Shown here: piece after piece, positions 1 through 12,800 of the stretch | How positions within the stretch are numbered: the stretch's first letter is position 1 | Layout: every line of letters starts with the position of its first letter | Notes under the pieces: generated by a model | Database searches by the model: none | Told to the model about the DNA's origin: nothing | What the model saw: only the letters and a program-made list of their open reading frames with translations | DNA from: Macrostomum lignano | Lineage: Eukaryota | DNA length: 64,000 nt | Reading direction: 5' to 3' | Assembly: GCA_002269645.1 (NCBI GenBank) | Contig: NIVC01000673.1 | Span: forward strand, 186,001-250,000 | Position numbers and translations under genes: made by a program

Positions 1-230
1 CGGGTCCTAAAAATGGCACTCGGGTCCTAAAAATGGCACTCGGGCCCTAAAAATGGCACTCTGGTTCTAAAAATGGCACTCGGGGCCTAAAATAACACCC
101 GGGTTTCTACTAAAAACTGGATTGCTGATTTCAGAAGTGGCATCAATGATTTCAGAAATGGCATCACTGATTTCAGAAATGGCATCACTGATTTCAGAAG
201 TGGCATCACTGATTTCAGAAATGGCATCTC
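1..230. repeat. Two intronic minisatellites: ~20-bp unit (ctcgggtcctaaaaatggca, 1-100) and 21-bp unit (ctgatttcagaaatggcatca, ~125-230)
   Basis: Directly visible tandem copies; they lie upstream of the splice acceptor at 268-269. Confidence 0.9.
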
Positions 231-269
231 GGATTTCATTCCGCCTTCCCCATCCCCAAATCCCCTCAG

Positions 270-672
270 CTCGGACGGCTGCCTGCTGGCCCTGGCCGAG
301 CGTCGCGGCCTCAAAGACTGCGTCTCCGTGTTCAACTGCGGCGGTGACACCGGCTGGCAGCTGGTCGCCCATTTCGATGCCGGCACCGAAGACCTGGACG
401 GCCTGGCCTGGTCGCCTGACGCCACTGCTCTGGCCTGCTGGGACGGCTGCCTGCGCAGTCGGGTGGCGATTTTCTCGCCGACAGGTTCGCGATTGTTATG
501 GTGATGTTGATGATGATGATGATGATGGTGATGTTGATGATGATGATGATGATGATGATTGTGATGATGATGATTGTGATGATGATGATGATGATGATTA
601 TGGTGATGATGATGATGATGATGATGATGATGGTGATGAAGATGATGATGACGATTGTGATGATGATGATGG

Positions 673-707
<35 letters not shown>

Positions 708-708
708 G

Positions 709-746
<38 letters not shown>

Positions 747-750
747 ATGG

Positions 751-782
<32 letters not shown>

Positions 783-819
783 GTGATGAAGATGATGATG
801 ACGATTGTGATGACGATTG

Positions 820-851
<32 letters not shown>

Positions 852-855
852 ATGG

Positions 856-890
<35 letters not shown>

Positions 891-939
891 GTGATGATGA
901 TGATTGTGATGATGATGATGATGATGATGATGATTATGG

Positions 940-980
<41 letters not shown>

Positions 981-1062
981 GTGATGAAGATGATGATGAC
1001 GATTGTGATGACGATTGTGATGATGATGATGATGATGATGATGATTGTGATGATGATGATTG

Positions 1063-1100
<38 letters not shown>

Positions 1101-1176
1101 ATGGTGATGATGATGATGATGATGGTGATGAAGATGATGATGACGATTGTGATGACGATTGTGATGATGATGATGG

Positions 1177-1208
<32 letters not shown>

Positions 1209-1224
1209 GTGATGATGATGATTG

Positions 1225-1262
<38 letters not shown>

Positions 1263-1266
1263 ATGG

Positions 1267-1307
<41 letters not shown>

Positions 1308-1423
1308 GTGATGAAGATGATGATGACGATTGTGATGATGATTGTGATGATGATGATGATGATGGTGATGGTGATGATGATGATGGTGATATGGTGATGA
1401 TGATGATTGTGATGTTGATGATA

Positions 1424-1455
<32 letters not shown>

Positions 1456-2440
1456 GATGATGATTGTGATGATGATGATTGTGATGATGATGATAATGAT
1501 GATGATAACGGTGGTGGTGTTAATAGTGATGATAATGATGGTGATGATGATTGTGATGATGATGATGGTGATAATGGTGATGGTGATGATGGTGATGGTG
1601 ATGATGATGGTGATGGTAATGTTGCTGGTGATGGTGATGATAGTGATGATGCTGATGATGATAGTTTCCATACTTATCCTCAAATTCATCCCATCCCCGA
1701 ACTCACCCCACGCAGGCACACAGCTGCACACATTCAGCGCTTACCCCCTGGAGCGCGGCCTGGGCACCAAGTGCGTGGAGTGGTCGCCATCCTCCCAGTT
1801 CCTGGCAGTCGGCTGCTACGACGGCTCGCTGCGGCTGTTGAACAACATCACCTGGGAGCCGCTGGCCGAGATGCGCGGCCAGACCTGTGTGGAGCCGCCG
1901 CCATCCTCCTCAGCCTCATCATCGGGGATCGTCGCTTATCGAGAGATCGAATCCCCATCCGGTTTGCCCAGATACGAGGCTTCATCACCCGGTGACCCTC
2001 CAATCCCGATCCCGGTGGTGAAGCCGGACCCCAGCAAGCCGAATCCCAAAGTGGGGATCGGAGCTGTGCACTTCTCGCCCTGCTCCCGGTACGTGGCATT
2101 TCGCGAGGACAGCCAGCCAGGGGCCCTTTGGCTGTGGGAGCTCAACAGGTTGAAGCCGAGCGCCCTGCTGCTGCACAGAAATCCCGTCCGATCGTTTGCT
2201 TGGGATCCGTCAGCTTTTAATCCTCCCAGACTGGCCATTGTGACCGGAACTCCGTGTGTGTACATGTGGTCAACCGCTGGCTGCTTGGCCGCTCAGGTGC
2301 CGCTCATGGACCGCTGCGGCGCATTCGTGATCACCAGCGTCAGCTGGCATCCTGACGGAGACGCCCTGCTGCTCACATCCGATGCCGACGCCTGCGTGTG
2401 CTTCCTGGAGTCTGGCGGAGCTGCGGGACAGGCTGGATGA
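270..2440 (+). CDS. WRAP73: WD repeat-containing protein WRAP73/WDR8, last two coding exons (270-484, 1716-2440); 5' part outside the window
   Basis: Exon 270-484 reads SDGCLLALAERRGLKDCVSVFNC..WQLVAHFDAGTEDLDGLAWSPDATALACWDGCL. Exon 1716-2440 reads GTQLHTFSAYPLERGLGTKCVEWSPSSQFLAVGCYDGSLRLLNNITW..VHFSPCSRYVAFREDSQPGALWLW. Both match WRAP73 motifs as recalled (LALAERR..KD, WSPSSQFLAVGSYDG). The GT(485)..AG(1715) intron is phase 1 on both sides. Confidence 0.88.
498..1665. repeat. Imperfect (GAT)n trinucleotide microsatellite, ~1.17 kb, filling the WRAP73 intron
   Basis: Visible directly; lies between donor 485 and acceptor 1715. Confidence 0.97.
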
Positions 2441-2446
2441 AGCAAC

Positions 2447-3010
2447 ATTGCTGAGCTGTGATTGGCTGATGGCTGAGTGTAGCTTTATTGCATTGCTGAG
2501 CTGTGATTGGCTGATGGCTGAGTGTAGCTTTATTGCATTGCTGAGCTCTGATTGGCTGATGGCTGAGTGTACCTTTATTGCATTGCTGAGCTGTGATTGG
2601 CTGATGGCTGAGTGTACCTTTATTGCATTGCTGAGCTGTGATTGGCTGGTGGCTGAGTGTACCTTTATTGCATTGCTGAGCTGTGATTGGCTGATGGCTG
2701 AGTGTACCTTTATTGCATTGCTGAGCTGTGATTGGCTGATGACTGAGTGTAGCTTTATTGCATTGCTGAGCTGTAGTTGGCTGATGGCTGAGTGTACCTT
2801 TATTGCATTGCTGAGCTGTGATTGGCTGATGACAGAGTGTAGCTTTATTGCATTGCTGAGTTGTGATTGGCTGGTGGCTGAGTGTACCTTTATTGCATTG
2901 CTGAGCTGTAATTGGCTGATGACTGAGTGTAGTTTTATTGCATCGCTGAGCTGTGATTGGCTGATGACTGAATGTAGTTTTATTGCATTGCTGAGCTCTG
3001 ATTGGCTGAT
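2447..3010. repeat. 45-bp minisatellite (~12 copies) immediately 3' of the WRAP73 stop
   Basis: Unit attgctgagctgtgattggctgatggctgagtgtagctttattgc; 15-aa periodicity in the ORF track. Confidence 0.95.
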
Positions 3011-3321
3011 CCACCGCATTACATTGCTGTGTCACCATTTCAAGGGTCTTGATAGATGTAGGTTATAAATAGATGCAGGACATCTGTAGGTAGGAAATTT
3101 TTTATTTCTTTTATATTAGGACTGGTTAGTAGGCTGTTTCGCGGTTTTTGTGTTAAATTGATTTCCTTCTTTGTGGCCACTTTGGGTAATATCAATATTT
3201 TTAAATACGAAATCTGAATGTTTCTAATCAATATTGCATTGCGTTTAAGCGCTCGAGACATAAAAACTTCTTATAACATGTCCTGTCTTTAAAGAAATTT
3301 TTCAGTTTTTTCGAACTAAGA

Positions 3322-3810
3322 GGTAGAGCAAGAATCAGGAGAGTAGACTGAGAGGTAGAGTGAGAATCAGGAGAGTAGACTGAGAGGTAGAGTGAGAATC
3401 AGGAGAGTAGACTGAGAGGTAGAGTGAGAATCAGGAGAGTAGACTGAGAGGTAGAGTGAGAATCAGGAGAGTAGACTGAGAGGTAGAGCAAGAATCAGGA
3501 GAGTAGACTGAGAGGTAGAGTGAGAATCAGGAGAGTAGACTGAGAGGTAGAGTGAGAATCAGGAGAGTAGACTGAGAGGTAGAGCAAGAATCAGGAGAGT
3601 AGACTGAGAGGTATAGTGAGAAGTAGAGCGAGAATCAGGTAGGTAGAGTGAGAAATAGTGAGAGGTATAGAGAGAATCAGGAAGGTAGAGTGAGAGGTAG
3701 AGCAAGAATCAGGAAGGTAGAGTGAGAGGTAGAGCGAGAATCAGGAAGGTAGAGTGAGAGGTAGAGCGAGAATCAGGAAGGTAGAGTGAGAGGTAGAGCG
3801 AGAGGTAGAG
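3322..3810. repeat. 32-bp purine-rich minisatellite (gagaggtagagtgagaatcaggagagtagact), degenerating 3'
   Basis: Directly visible tandem copies. Confidence 0.92.
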
Positions 3811-3872
3811 CGAGCTCTCCCGTCCCCACCAGCTCAACCCAGTTCATCTCCTCGCACTTACAGCCCGTCGCC

Positions 3873-5066
3873 ATGGCAAAAACTCTGCAACAGTCTCGCC
3901 GCTGCTCCCTCGCCATCACAGTCCCAGACTCCAAGGATGAGGCGGTCTCTCCTTCATCGCCCTGCAGCATCTGTCGAATTTGTCGCGAGTCCGCGCCAGT
4001 GACAGGCTCGGGCACTGGCAGTGACAGTCAGCTGTGCCAGCCGTGCCAGTGCCGCGGCACCGTGGCTCATGTGCACCTGGCCTGCCTCTTTAGATGGCTC
4101 CAACGAAGCGGCTACGACAGGTGCGAACTGTGCCAGCAGCCGTTCTCCATCGGATTGTCTTCATCTAAGTCTCAGCCTCCCACAGTTGGCGGTTCCTCAT
4201 CTGCAGTTTGGGGAGTCTCATTGAGACTCTGCTTGGCTGTGCTGGCTCTCCTGTGCTCAGGCAGGGTCACCAGGCACTTGTTGGGTCACAGCGGCAGTGG
4301 GGCTCAGCTGGCATCTGTAAGCCAAGACATCCTACTTGGCTGCGCAGTCTCCATCATCAACTTGACTCTTATCTGGACATTTGCCAGCCGGTTCCGCATT
4401 CCAACGCCAGTTGCTGAGCTGCTAGGAGTTCTAGTTCCGCTTGAGTCGGATTGTGATGAAGCTGAGCCAGGAGTCTGCTGGTATGGCAGGCTGCCAAATC
4501 GTTTGATTGGCCTGGCTTTGGCCAACTCAATCTCTGTTTTACTCGGTTGCTATGCGCCTTGGAAACTGTGCGAGTTCTTCATCGGATTGATTGACAGCTC
4601 GGCTAGTGATGCTTCATCAACTAGTTGGATTCTGGCACTGCCGCTGCTGGTGGCCGGTGCCGTTGCCACCGAGCTCTGCTGGGGTTCGAAACTCCGACCG
4701 CTGCTTCTGCCGCCTGCGGTTTTCTTTGCCGCTCCGATCTGTTGCGGATTAGGGATTAGCAGCGCTGTGAACTACTGGAATCAGGAGGATTATCCCAGTG
4801 CAGGGATCGGTCTGGTGAACTGCTGGATCATCGGTGCCGTCTGTCTGTGCTCAGCTCGGCATCTGCTCGGCTGCTTGACCAACCAGGCTGAAAGCAGGAG
4901 CGATCCGGTCTTCTGCTTCTGCTTTTTTGACGCCTTTTTCAGTCTGGCCGATGCCAGCTGGACTGCGGCGGCTCGGGCCTTGGCTGAGGTGGCGCTTCTC
5001 GGAGCCCTTGGGGTGTCCGCCGGAGCACCTGTTGCTTGCCTTCTTGTGTCCGCTTCTGAGGCCTAG
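3873..5066 (+). CDS. RING-CH (RINGv) multi-pass membrane E3 ubiquitin ligase, MARCH family (MARCH6-like layout), ~397 aa, single exon
   Basis: ATG at 3873 in gccATGG context. C4HC3 RINGv motif CRIC..PCQCRGTVAHVHLACLFRWL..RCELC near the N-terminus, followed by several hydrophobic segments. Confidence 0.8.
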   Translation: MAKTLQQSRRCSLAITVPDSKDEAVSPSSPCSICRICRESAPVTGSGTGSDSQLCQPCQCRGTVAHVHLACLFRWLQRSGYDRCELCQQPFSIGLSSSKSQPPTVGGSSSAVWGVSLRLCLAVLALLCSGRVTRHLLGHSGSGAQLASVSQDILLGCAVSIINLTLIWTFASRFRIPTPVAELLGVLVPLESDCDEAEPGVCWYGRLPNRLIGLALANSISVLLGCYAPWKLCEFFIGLIDSSASDASSTSWILALPLLVAGAVATELCWGSKLRPLLLPPAVFFAAPICCGLGISSAVNYWNQEDYPSAGIGLVNCWIIGAVCLCSARHLLGCLTNQAESRSDPVFCFCFFDAFFSLADASWTAAARALAEVALLGALGVSAGAPVACLLVSASEA

Positions 5067-5260
5067 CTGTCTTCTTGTGTCCGCTTCTGAGGCCTAGCTG
5101 TCTTCTTGTGTCCGCTTCTGAGGCCTGGCTGTATTCTGCTTTTTATTGCTGCTTTTGCTTGGCTTCTTGTGTCCGCTTCTGAGGCCTAGCTGTCTTCTGC
5201 TTTTTTATTGCTGCTTTTGCTTGGCTTCTTCTGTCCGTTTCTGAGGCCTAGCTGTCTTCA
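5040..5260. repeat. ~31-bp repeat (cttcttgtgtccgcttctgaggcctagctgt) whose first unit contains the MARCH stop codon
   Basis: Visible directly; TAG at 5064-5066 lies within unit 1. Confidence 0.9.
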
Positions 5261-5388
5261 GATTTTTTATTGCTGCTCTGCTGCTTTTGCTTGACAAGCG
5301 GCCTTTTTTATAGTTTTTTCCACTGTCTGCTTGCTTTGACTCCGTCTGTGAGAACAGTCTGCTTATCTCGAATCTCTATCTATCTGCT

Positions 5389-5515
5389 CTCTCCCTCTGA
5401 CTCATCCTCTCTCCCTCTGACTCATCCGCTCTCCCTCTGACTCACCTGCTCTCTCCCTCTGACTCATCCGCTCTCCCTCTGACTCATCCGCTCTCTCCCT
5501 CTGACTCATCCGCTC
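5389..5515. repeat. 20-22-bp minisatellite (ctctccctctgactcatccg)
   Basis: Visible tandem copies. Confidence 0.9.
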
Positions 5516-6052
5516 TGCTACTTTCACCCATCCTACCTCTCTGAATATGTGCTTACTATTTTGCCTTTCAATAAAATAGCTCAGAATGAGTACTTTCATA
5601 CTCATATATGTCAGCTGGCTGTGTTATCCCGACTCAGCTGACGAGAGCCGGCCATGGACTGTTAATCTTCGTAGTCCATGCATCTCTGTGCTGTTGCTAT
5701 TAGTCAGAATAGCTGAAATTTAAATTGGAGTTTCTTTTCACCGTGAGCCTAATTGGCACCCAACATTATTCATTCCATCACCTACCATCTTCCATCAAGG
5801 TTTATTTAATCAGCTCTTTTAAGTTTCTCCATTGCTTACTCAATTCATATCGCACATTTTTATACAGCATAAATTGAACAGCCATTTCATTTTTCAATGT
5901 TTTTATGTTCAGCATTGTTTTGCTGTCAGTAGCTTTCAGTAACTCTATGAAGTGCCTCTGTGTAATTTCTGAATATATATATATAATATAACATATCGTT
6001 CGTTGGATAATGCCGACTAATGCTGACTTCATGAATTGATTTTTCTTCAGGG

Positions 6053-6670
6053 GTAGCATGAACCTACTGAAGGGTATTCACGGGGTAGCATGAAGCTGCT
6101 AAAGGGTTCTCAGGGTAGCATGAAGCTACTGAGGGGTTCTCAGGGGTAGCATGAAGCTACTGAAGGGTATTCAGGGGGAGCAGGAAGCTACTGAAGGGTC
6201 CTCAGGGGTAGCATGAAGCTACTGAAGGGTTCTAAGGGGTAGCATGAAGCTACTGAAGGGTATTCAGGGGGAGCAGGAAGCTACTGAAGGGTTCCCAAGG
6301 GTAGCATAAACCTACTGAAAGGCTTTCAGGGGTAGCATGAAGCTACTGAAGGGTTCTCAGGGGTAGCATGATCCTACTGAAAGGCTTTCAGGGGTAGCAT
6401 GAACCTACTGAGGGGTTCTCAGGGGTAGCATGATCCTACTGAAGGGTTCTCAGGGGTAGCATGAAGCTACTGAAGGGTTCTCAGGGGTAGCATGAAGCTA
6501 CTGAAGGGTTCTCAGGGGCAGTATGAAGCTACTGAAGGGTTTTCAGGGGTAGCATGAAGCTGCTGAAGGATTCTCAGGGGTAGCGTAAAGCTACTAAAGG
6601 GTATTCAGGGGTAGCATGAAGCTACTAAAGGGTTCTCAGGGGTAGCATGAAGCTACTGAAGGGTCTTCAG
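6053..6670. repeat. ~31-bp minisatellite (ggggtagcatgaagctactgaagggttctca)
   Basis: About 20 visible tandem copies. Confidence 0.93.
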
Positions 6671-6800
6671 GGTTTATTTGGTTCAGGGGTCTCTGAGTCG
6701 CCATCCAACCAACCAAAACTCAGCATCCCAGCCCATCAATCAATTTTCAGGTTGCCCCAGCGCCGCAGCCATTGCAGCGGCATCCCAGCAGACGGCAGCG

Positions 6801-9800
6801 ATGAACCTGCGGCTGCTTCTAGCGAGAACTCCGTGTCCCGGCTGCTATTATTCCCGGTTCGCCATCAGAGTTGGCTCAGCGGCTGCTGCAGTGCTCTGCC
6901 TCTTGTTTATCGGTGAGAAGCTGTGCTGCATCTGTCTGGCTCATGCAGATCCATAAAGCACCCTGTTGTATCTCAGTCAGCTGTGTGTACTGCAATAGGC
7001 CCCTGTTGTATCTATACTCCATATTGCAGTCAGCTGTGTGTACTACAATAGGCCTGCAGCCTACAGCAGCGGCGGAGGTAACAGTTTGAGTGTGCGAGAT
7101 GACTGCAGCTGTGAAGCTAACTGACCTCAGCTTAACCTCTCTGATCTTGTAATTGCAGCTGCTGTTTATAATGTTTATGTCATCAATGACTCACTCAATA
7201 GCCGTATGACTCATTTAGAAAACACTTTAAGTCTCACAATTTAAAAAAATTCACCCAATGACTCTTTGTCAGTTAAGGACCATATGACTCACTCAATGAC
7301 CATATGACACACTCAATGACCATATGCTTCACTCAATGACCATATGACTCACTCAATGACCATATGACTCATTCAATGACCCAATGACCCATTAAATAAC
7401 CATGAATGACTCACCAATCATTACATAACTCAATAGCTCGTTAACCCTAGCCATTTGATAACTCACTTGTTAACCAGCTGACGCACCCAATGACTCACTC
7501 AACTGCTATCTAACTTTCTCAGTGTTTCACTGTCTCTGACTCACTTCAATGACTTGCTGACCCACTCACTGACTCATCGTGCAGCACTCCCCCTCATACG
7601 CAGCCAACAGCATACTCAGGTCAGCGCTGCAGCCTGCTCAATTGGCAGACAAACTTCAGAATGCCCAATTCGACACGGGCAGCAGAGTCGGTGGCGACCG
7701 TCTGCCAGCAGTCGGTGGTGGCGCAGACGAGCTGCACAGACTGGCTCAGCACCTGCGGTTGGTGTACACCGTCACGGCTAACACCGATTCGGGGGGCGGC
7801 TCGCACTCTGTTGTCATCCGGCTGGGAAATCCGTTTAAAACTCGGCTGGGAGCCGGAATCCGATGGAGAATGTACTTTTCATTGATGCACCCCGTTGTGC
7901 AGCACCAGACGGGTGGCGGCTGCGGCCGGAAGCTGCAGTTTTTATTCAAGCACGTCAATGGCTACCTGCACTACCTGGAGCCGACGGGTGAGGCGGCCGC
8001 TGACGGCCTGCCACCTGGGGACGACTGCCTGATTGAGTACACTGGCAATGGCCACATTATTGGCAGGTGAGTGCTTAGAGTAGCTTGAAAAATGGCATCG
8101 AATTCTGGCCATACTACTTACAGTAGAAATTCAAGACAATAGCATCGTATTTTAATTACTCGTACCCTACTTACAGTAGGAATGCAAGACAATGGCACCG
8201 TATTTTAATTATCCTACTTACAGTAGAAATGCAAGACAAAAGCACCGTGTTTTAATATCCTACTTACAGTAGAAATGCAAGACAATAGCATCGTATTTTA
8301 ATTACCCTACTTACAGTAGAAATGCAAGACAATAGCATCGTATTTTAATTATCCTACTCACAGTAGAAATGCAAGAAAAAATCCACAATATCCGCTCTCA
8401 GATACGACGCCTTCCCCAACTGGTACCTGGTGCCACTGATGCCGCCCAGTTACCAAGCCGAGTCGCCGCAGGCGGTTGTTGTCGAATGCACGGCCGGATT
8501 GGCCAATCAGTTCGTGGCGCCGCTCCTCACGCCGGCCCAGTTCAAACGAGGCCAGGCGGACGCGCACTCGCCTTGGACACCGGAGGAGAGAGAGCGGCGA
8601 AGGCTGGCCTACCTGGGCGGCAGGTGAGGCAGTTGGATTGGATGGGAGGCCTGCTGGCTTTGCAGTGGGACACTGGTTACTCAATTATCCCCTAGTTACT
8701 GTGGGATTCGAACCCCGGACGTCCCGTGGGTTACCTTTGCTTGTCCATGACGGGATCTTTCACCTCCGCTCTCTCACCCTCTCTGATCTCTCACCCTCGA
8801 CTCTCACCCTCCCTGCTCTCTCACCCTCCCTGCTCTCTCACCCTCCCTGCTCTCTCACCCTGCTCTCTCACCCTCCCTGCTCTCTCACCCTCCCTGCTCT
8901 CTCACCCTCTACTCACCCTCTGCTCTCACCCTCTGCTCTTACTCTCTCTCTACCCAACCTCAAGACTCGGACCCCCAACCGCACGACTCAAACCCCCAAC
9001 CGCAAGACTCGAACCCCCAACCGCAAGATTCAAACCCTCAACCGCAAGACTCGAACCCCCAACCGAAAGACTCGAACCCCCAAACCGCAAGACTCTAACC
9101 CCCAACCGACTCCAGAGAGGCGCCGGCGCCCTCCAAGTCCGCGCCGGCGCCTTCCAAGTCCGCGCCGCCGCCGCGCCTGGTCCCGGCGCCAATCCACGTG
9201 CAGCCGCTGCCGCCCGGACAGCTCGGGCTGCCCCTGGCCGGACTGCTGCTGGCCGCCAGAATTCGAAGCGAAGTCGGCTGCGACTCTGCCGAGCTCACCT
9301 TGGCCTACCTTGAGGAGCGGAGGAAGGCCCTGTCCCCAGCCTCATCAGCGGCAGCTGAGCCCATAGACATCTCGCTGTGCGCCAGGCCTGAGGAGGCGGC
9401 CCTGACGGCAGCGCTGGCCAGCACAAAGCAGCCGGCTCTGCTCCAGTTCCAGCGCAGGTGGGCCTACCTGCTCAGATTCCACCCGACAAGGCGGCGACTC
9501 GAGCTTCGAGCATTCGCTGCCGAAGGCCTGTTCGCCGCTGCCCAGACTCTGCTGGCCCTGCTGCACGATCCCGGGCCTCCGCTGAGCGTTCGCTCCGTGC
9601 TGGATTATCCGAGATTTGAGTACCGCGGACTCATGCTAGACGTGGCCAGGAACATGCAGCCTCTGCCTGTGCTGCTCAAGATCCTTGACGTCATGGCCAT
9701 GTACAAGCTCAACAAACTGCACCTGCACCTGTCCGATGATGAGGGCCTTCGGCTGCCCATCACCGACGCCTTCAAGCTGGCGAGCAGGCGGTGCCACGAC

Positions 9801-12800
9801 CCCAGCGGGAAGCTTTGCCTGCCGCCTCAGCTGGGATCGCATCCCACCGATGGGAGACCGCCTGGGGTTGGGTACTACAGCTCTACTGAGTATGCCCAGC
9901 TGCTCAAGTATGCGGCCGACCGGTTCATTGAGGTCATTCCTGAGGTCAGTGCTCTCTGTTTATCCCACTGATCCCCATCACTATCCCTCTGATCCCCATC
10001 ACTATCCCTCTGATCCCCATCACTATCCTACTGATCCCCATCATTATCCCACTGATCCCCATCACTATCCCTCTGATCCCCATCATTTATCCCTCTGATC
10101 CCCATCATCATCCCACTGATCCTCATCATTATCCCACTGATCCCCATCACTATCCCTCTGATCCCCATCATTTATCCCTCTGATCCCCATCACTATCCCT
10201 CTGATCCCCATCACTATCCCTCTGATCCCCATCACTATCCCTCTGATCCCCATCACTATCCTACTGATCCCCATCATTATCCCACTGATCCCCATCATTA
10301 TCCCACTGATCCCCATCATCATCCCACTGATCCTCATCATTATCCCACTGATACCATCATTATCCCCTGATCCACATCATTATCTCACTGATCCCATCAT
10401 TATCCCACTGATCCCCATCATTATCCCTCCGATCTCCATAATTATCCCTCTGATTGCTTGTCCATGACGGGATCTTTCACCTCCGCTCTCTCACCCTCTC
10501 TGATCTCTCACCCTCGACTCTCACCCTCCCTGCTCTCTCACCCTCCCTGCTCTCTCACCCTCCCTGCTCTCTCACCCTCCCTGCTCTCTCACCCTCCCTG
10601 CTCTCTCACCCTCTACTCACCCTCTGCTCTCACCCTCTGCTCTTACTCTCTCTCTACCCAACCTCAAGACTCGGACCCCCAACCGCAAGACTCGAACCCC
10701 CAACCGCAAGATTCAAACCCTCAACCGCAAGACTCGAACCCCCAACCGAAAGACTCGAACCCCCAAACCGCAAGACTCTAACCCCCAACCGACTCCAGAG
10801 AGGCGCCGGCGCGCTGATGATCATTATCTCACTGATCCCATCATTATCCCACTGATCCCCATCATTATCCCTCCGATCTCCATAATTATCCCTCTGATCC
10901 CCATCATTATCCCACTGATCCCTATCATTATCCCTCCGATCTCCATAATTATCCCTCTGATCCCCATCATTATCCCACTGATCCCCATCATTATCCCTCC
11001 GATCTCCATAATTATCCCTCTGATCCCCATCATTATCCCACTGATCCCCATCATTATCCCTCTGATCCCCATCATTATCCCACTGATCCCCATCATTATC
11101 CCTCTGATCCCCATCATTATCCCCCTGATCCCCATCATTATCCCCCTGATCCCCATCATTATCCCACTGATCCCCATCATTAACTCACTGATGCTCATCA
11201 TTATCATTATCCCACACCCAGCATCTCCCTCAACCGCACCCAGCATCCCCATCAATCTCACACCCATCATCCCCATCTCCATCACCAGGTGGACATGCCA
11301 GCCCACGCCCACTCGCTGATCGCAGCCCACCGCCACCGAGCTCAGCTCACGGACCCCGGAGACCCCAGCAGGCCCGTCAGCGTGCAGAACTACTTCAACA
11401 ACAGCCTGAACCCGTGCATGCCGGACACCCAGCAGCTGGTGCGCAGAGTGGTATCTGACCTGGTCCGCCTGCACTCTCTGGCCGGCGTCCCGCTGAGCAC
11501 CTTCAACTTTGGCGGCGACGAGCCCCCAGGAGACGCGTGGCAGGCCTCTCCAGCCTGCCAGCGACTGGGCCTGGGCAGCAGGGACTCCATCAACCGGCTG
11601 TTCTTGAGAACAGTGGCAGAGCAGGCCGGCAGGCACGGGCTGTCTCTGATGGGCTGGGAAGACGGCTACGTTGTCAAGGACTCGGACAAGAGGCCGTACA
11701 ACCTCACTGAAGTTCTTGCGACTGCGGACTGGCGGCCTAACGGGTCTCTGGTGCTGAGCTGGCTGAACCAGATGGCATGGGGCTCTGGGGACCTGGCGTA
11801 CAAGTTTGCCAACCAGGGGTACAAGGTGAGCGGCATTTATGTTTGGTGACCGGCCTCCCAGATCCTCAGTTGCTGTGCCAGCATCCCAGATCCTCAGCTG
11901 CTGTGCCAGCATCCCAGATCCTCAGCTGCTGTGCCAGCATCCCAGATCCTCAGCTGCTGTGCCAGCATCCCAGATCCTCAGTTGCTGGGCCAGCCTCCCA
12001 GATCCTCAGTTGCTGGGCTAGCCTCCCAGATCCTCAGTTGCTGGGCCAGCCTCCCAGATCCTCACTTGCTGGGCCATGCAGCCTCCCAGATCCTCAGTTG
12101 CTGGGCTAGCCTCCCAGATCCTCACTTGCTGGGCCATGCAGCCTCCCAGATCCTCAGTTGCTGGGCTAGCCTCCCAGATCCTCACTTGCTGTGCCAGCAT
12201 CCCAGATCCTCAGTTGCTGTGCCAGCATCCCAGATCCTCAGTTGCTGTGCCAGCATCCCAGATCCTCAGCTGCTGTGCCAGCATCCCAGATCCTCAGCTG
12301 CTGTGCCAGCATCCCAGATCCTCAGCTGCTGTGCCAGCATCCCAGATCCTCAGTTGCTGTGCCAGCATCCCAGATCCTCAGTTGCTGTGCCAGCATCCCA
12401 GATCCTCAGTTGCTGGGCCAGCCTCCCAGATCCTCAGTTGCTGGGCCAGCCTCCCAGATCCTCAGTTGCTGGGCCAGCCTCCCAGATCCTCAGTTGCTGG
12501 GCTAGCCTCCCAGATCCTCAGTTGCTGGGCCAGCCTCCCAGATCCTCTGACTTACTTGACTTAGCTGCAGGGCTGTCCCGGAGGGGACACAGCGGGAAGG
12601 CGCGGGCGCCCATTCCGCTAGTCCCTGAACGGCCGACGCGTCGCTATGGACGGAGGGTTGGCGCCGCCCAGGGAGGTCCCCCAGTGTCGCCAGCAGCTAT
12701 GGTGCTCTCTGGAAAGGAGAGTTCAGCCCTGCGGGTGGCCCGAAGGTAGCGCATGAGCTGATTAAAGTTTTCGGGTTTGCACGCTTCAGTAATAGATGTG

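Noticed and set aside
122-1715. 772-aa ORF with a huge poly-Asp tract, and the poly-Met/Ile ORFs
   Set aside because: These translate the (GAT)n intron. True WRAP73 homology upstream lies in another frame (270-484) and is joined by a canonical GT-AG intron.
2270-3068. Repetitive ORFs on both strands, and similar ORFs at 10083-11912, 11777-12749, 18219-18953, 36240-36966, 42158-42788, 43102-43468, 59453-60175
   Set aside because: They coincide exactly with intronic or UTR minisatellites and have no protein motifs. The exception is the non-repeat start of 18276-18439, discussed as a finding.
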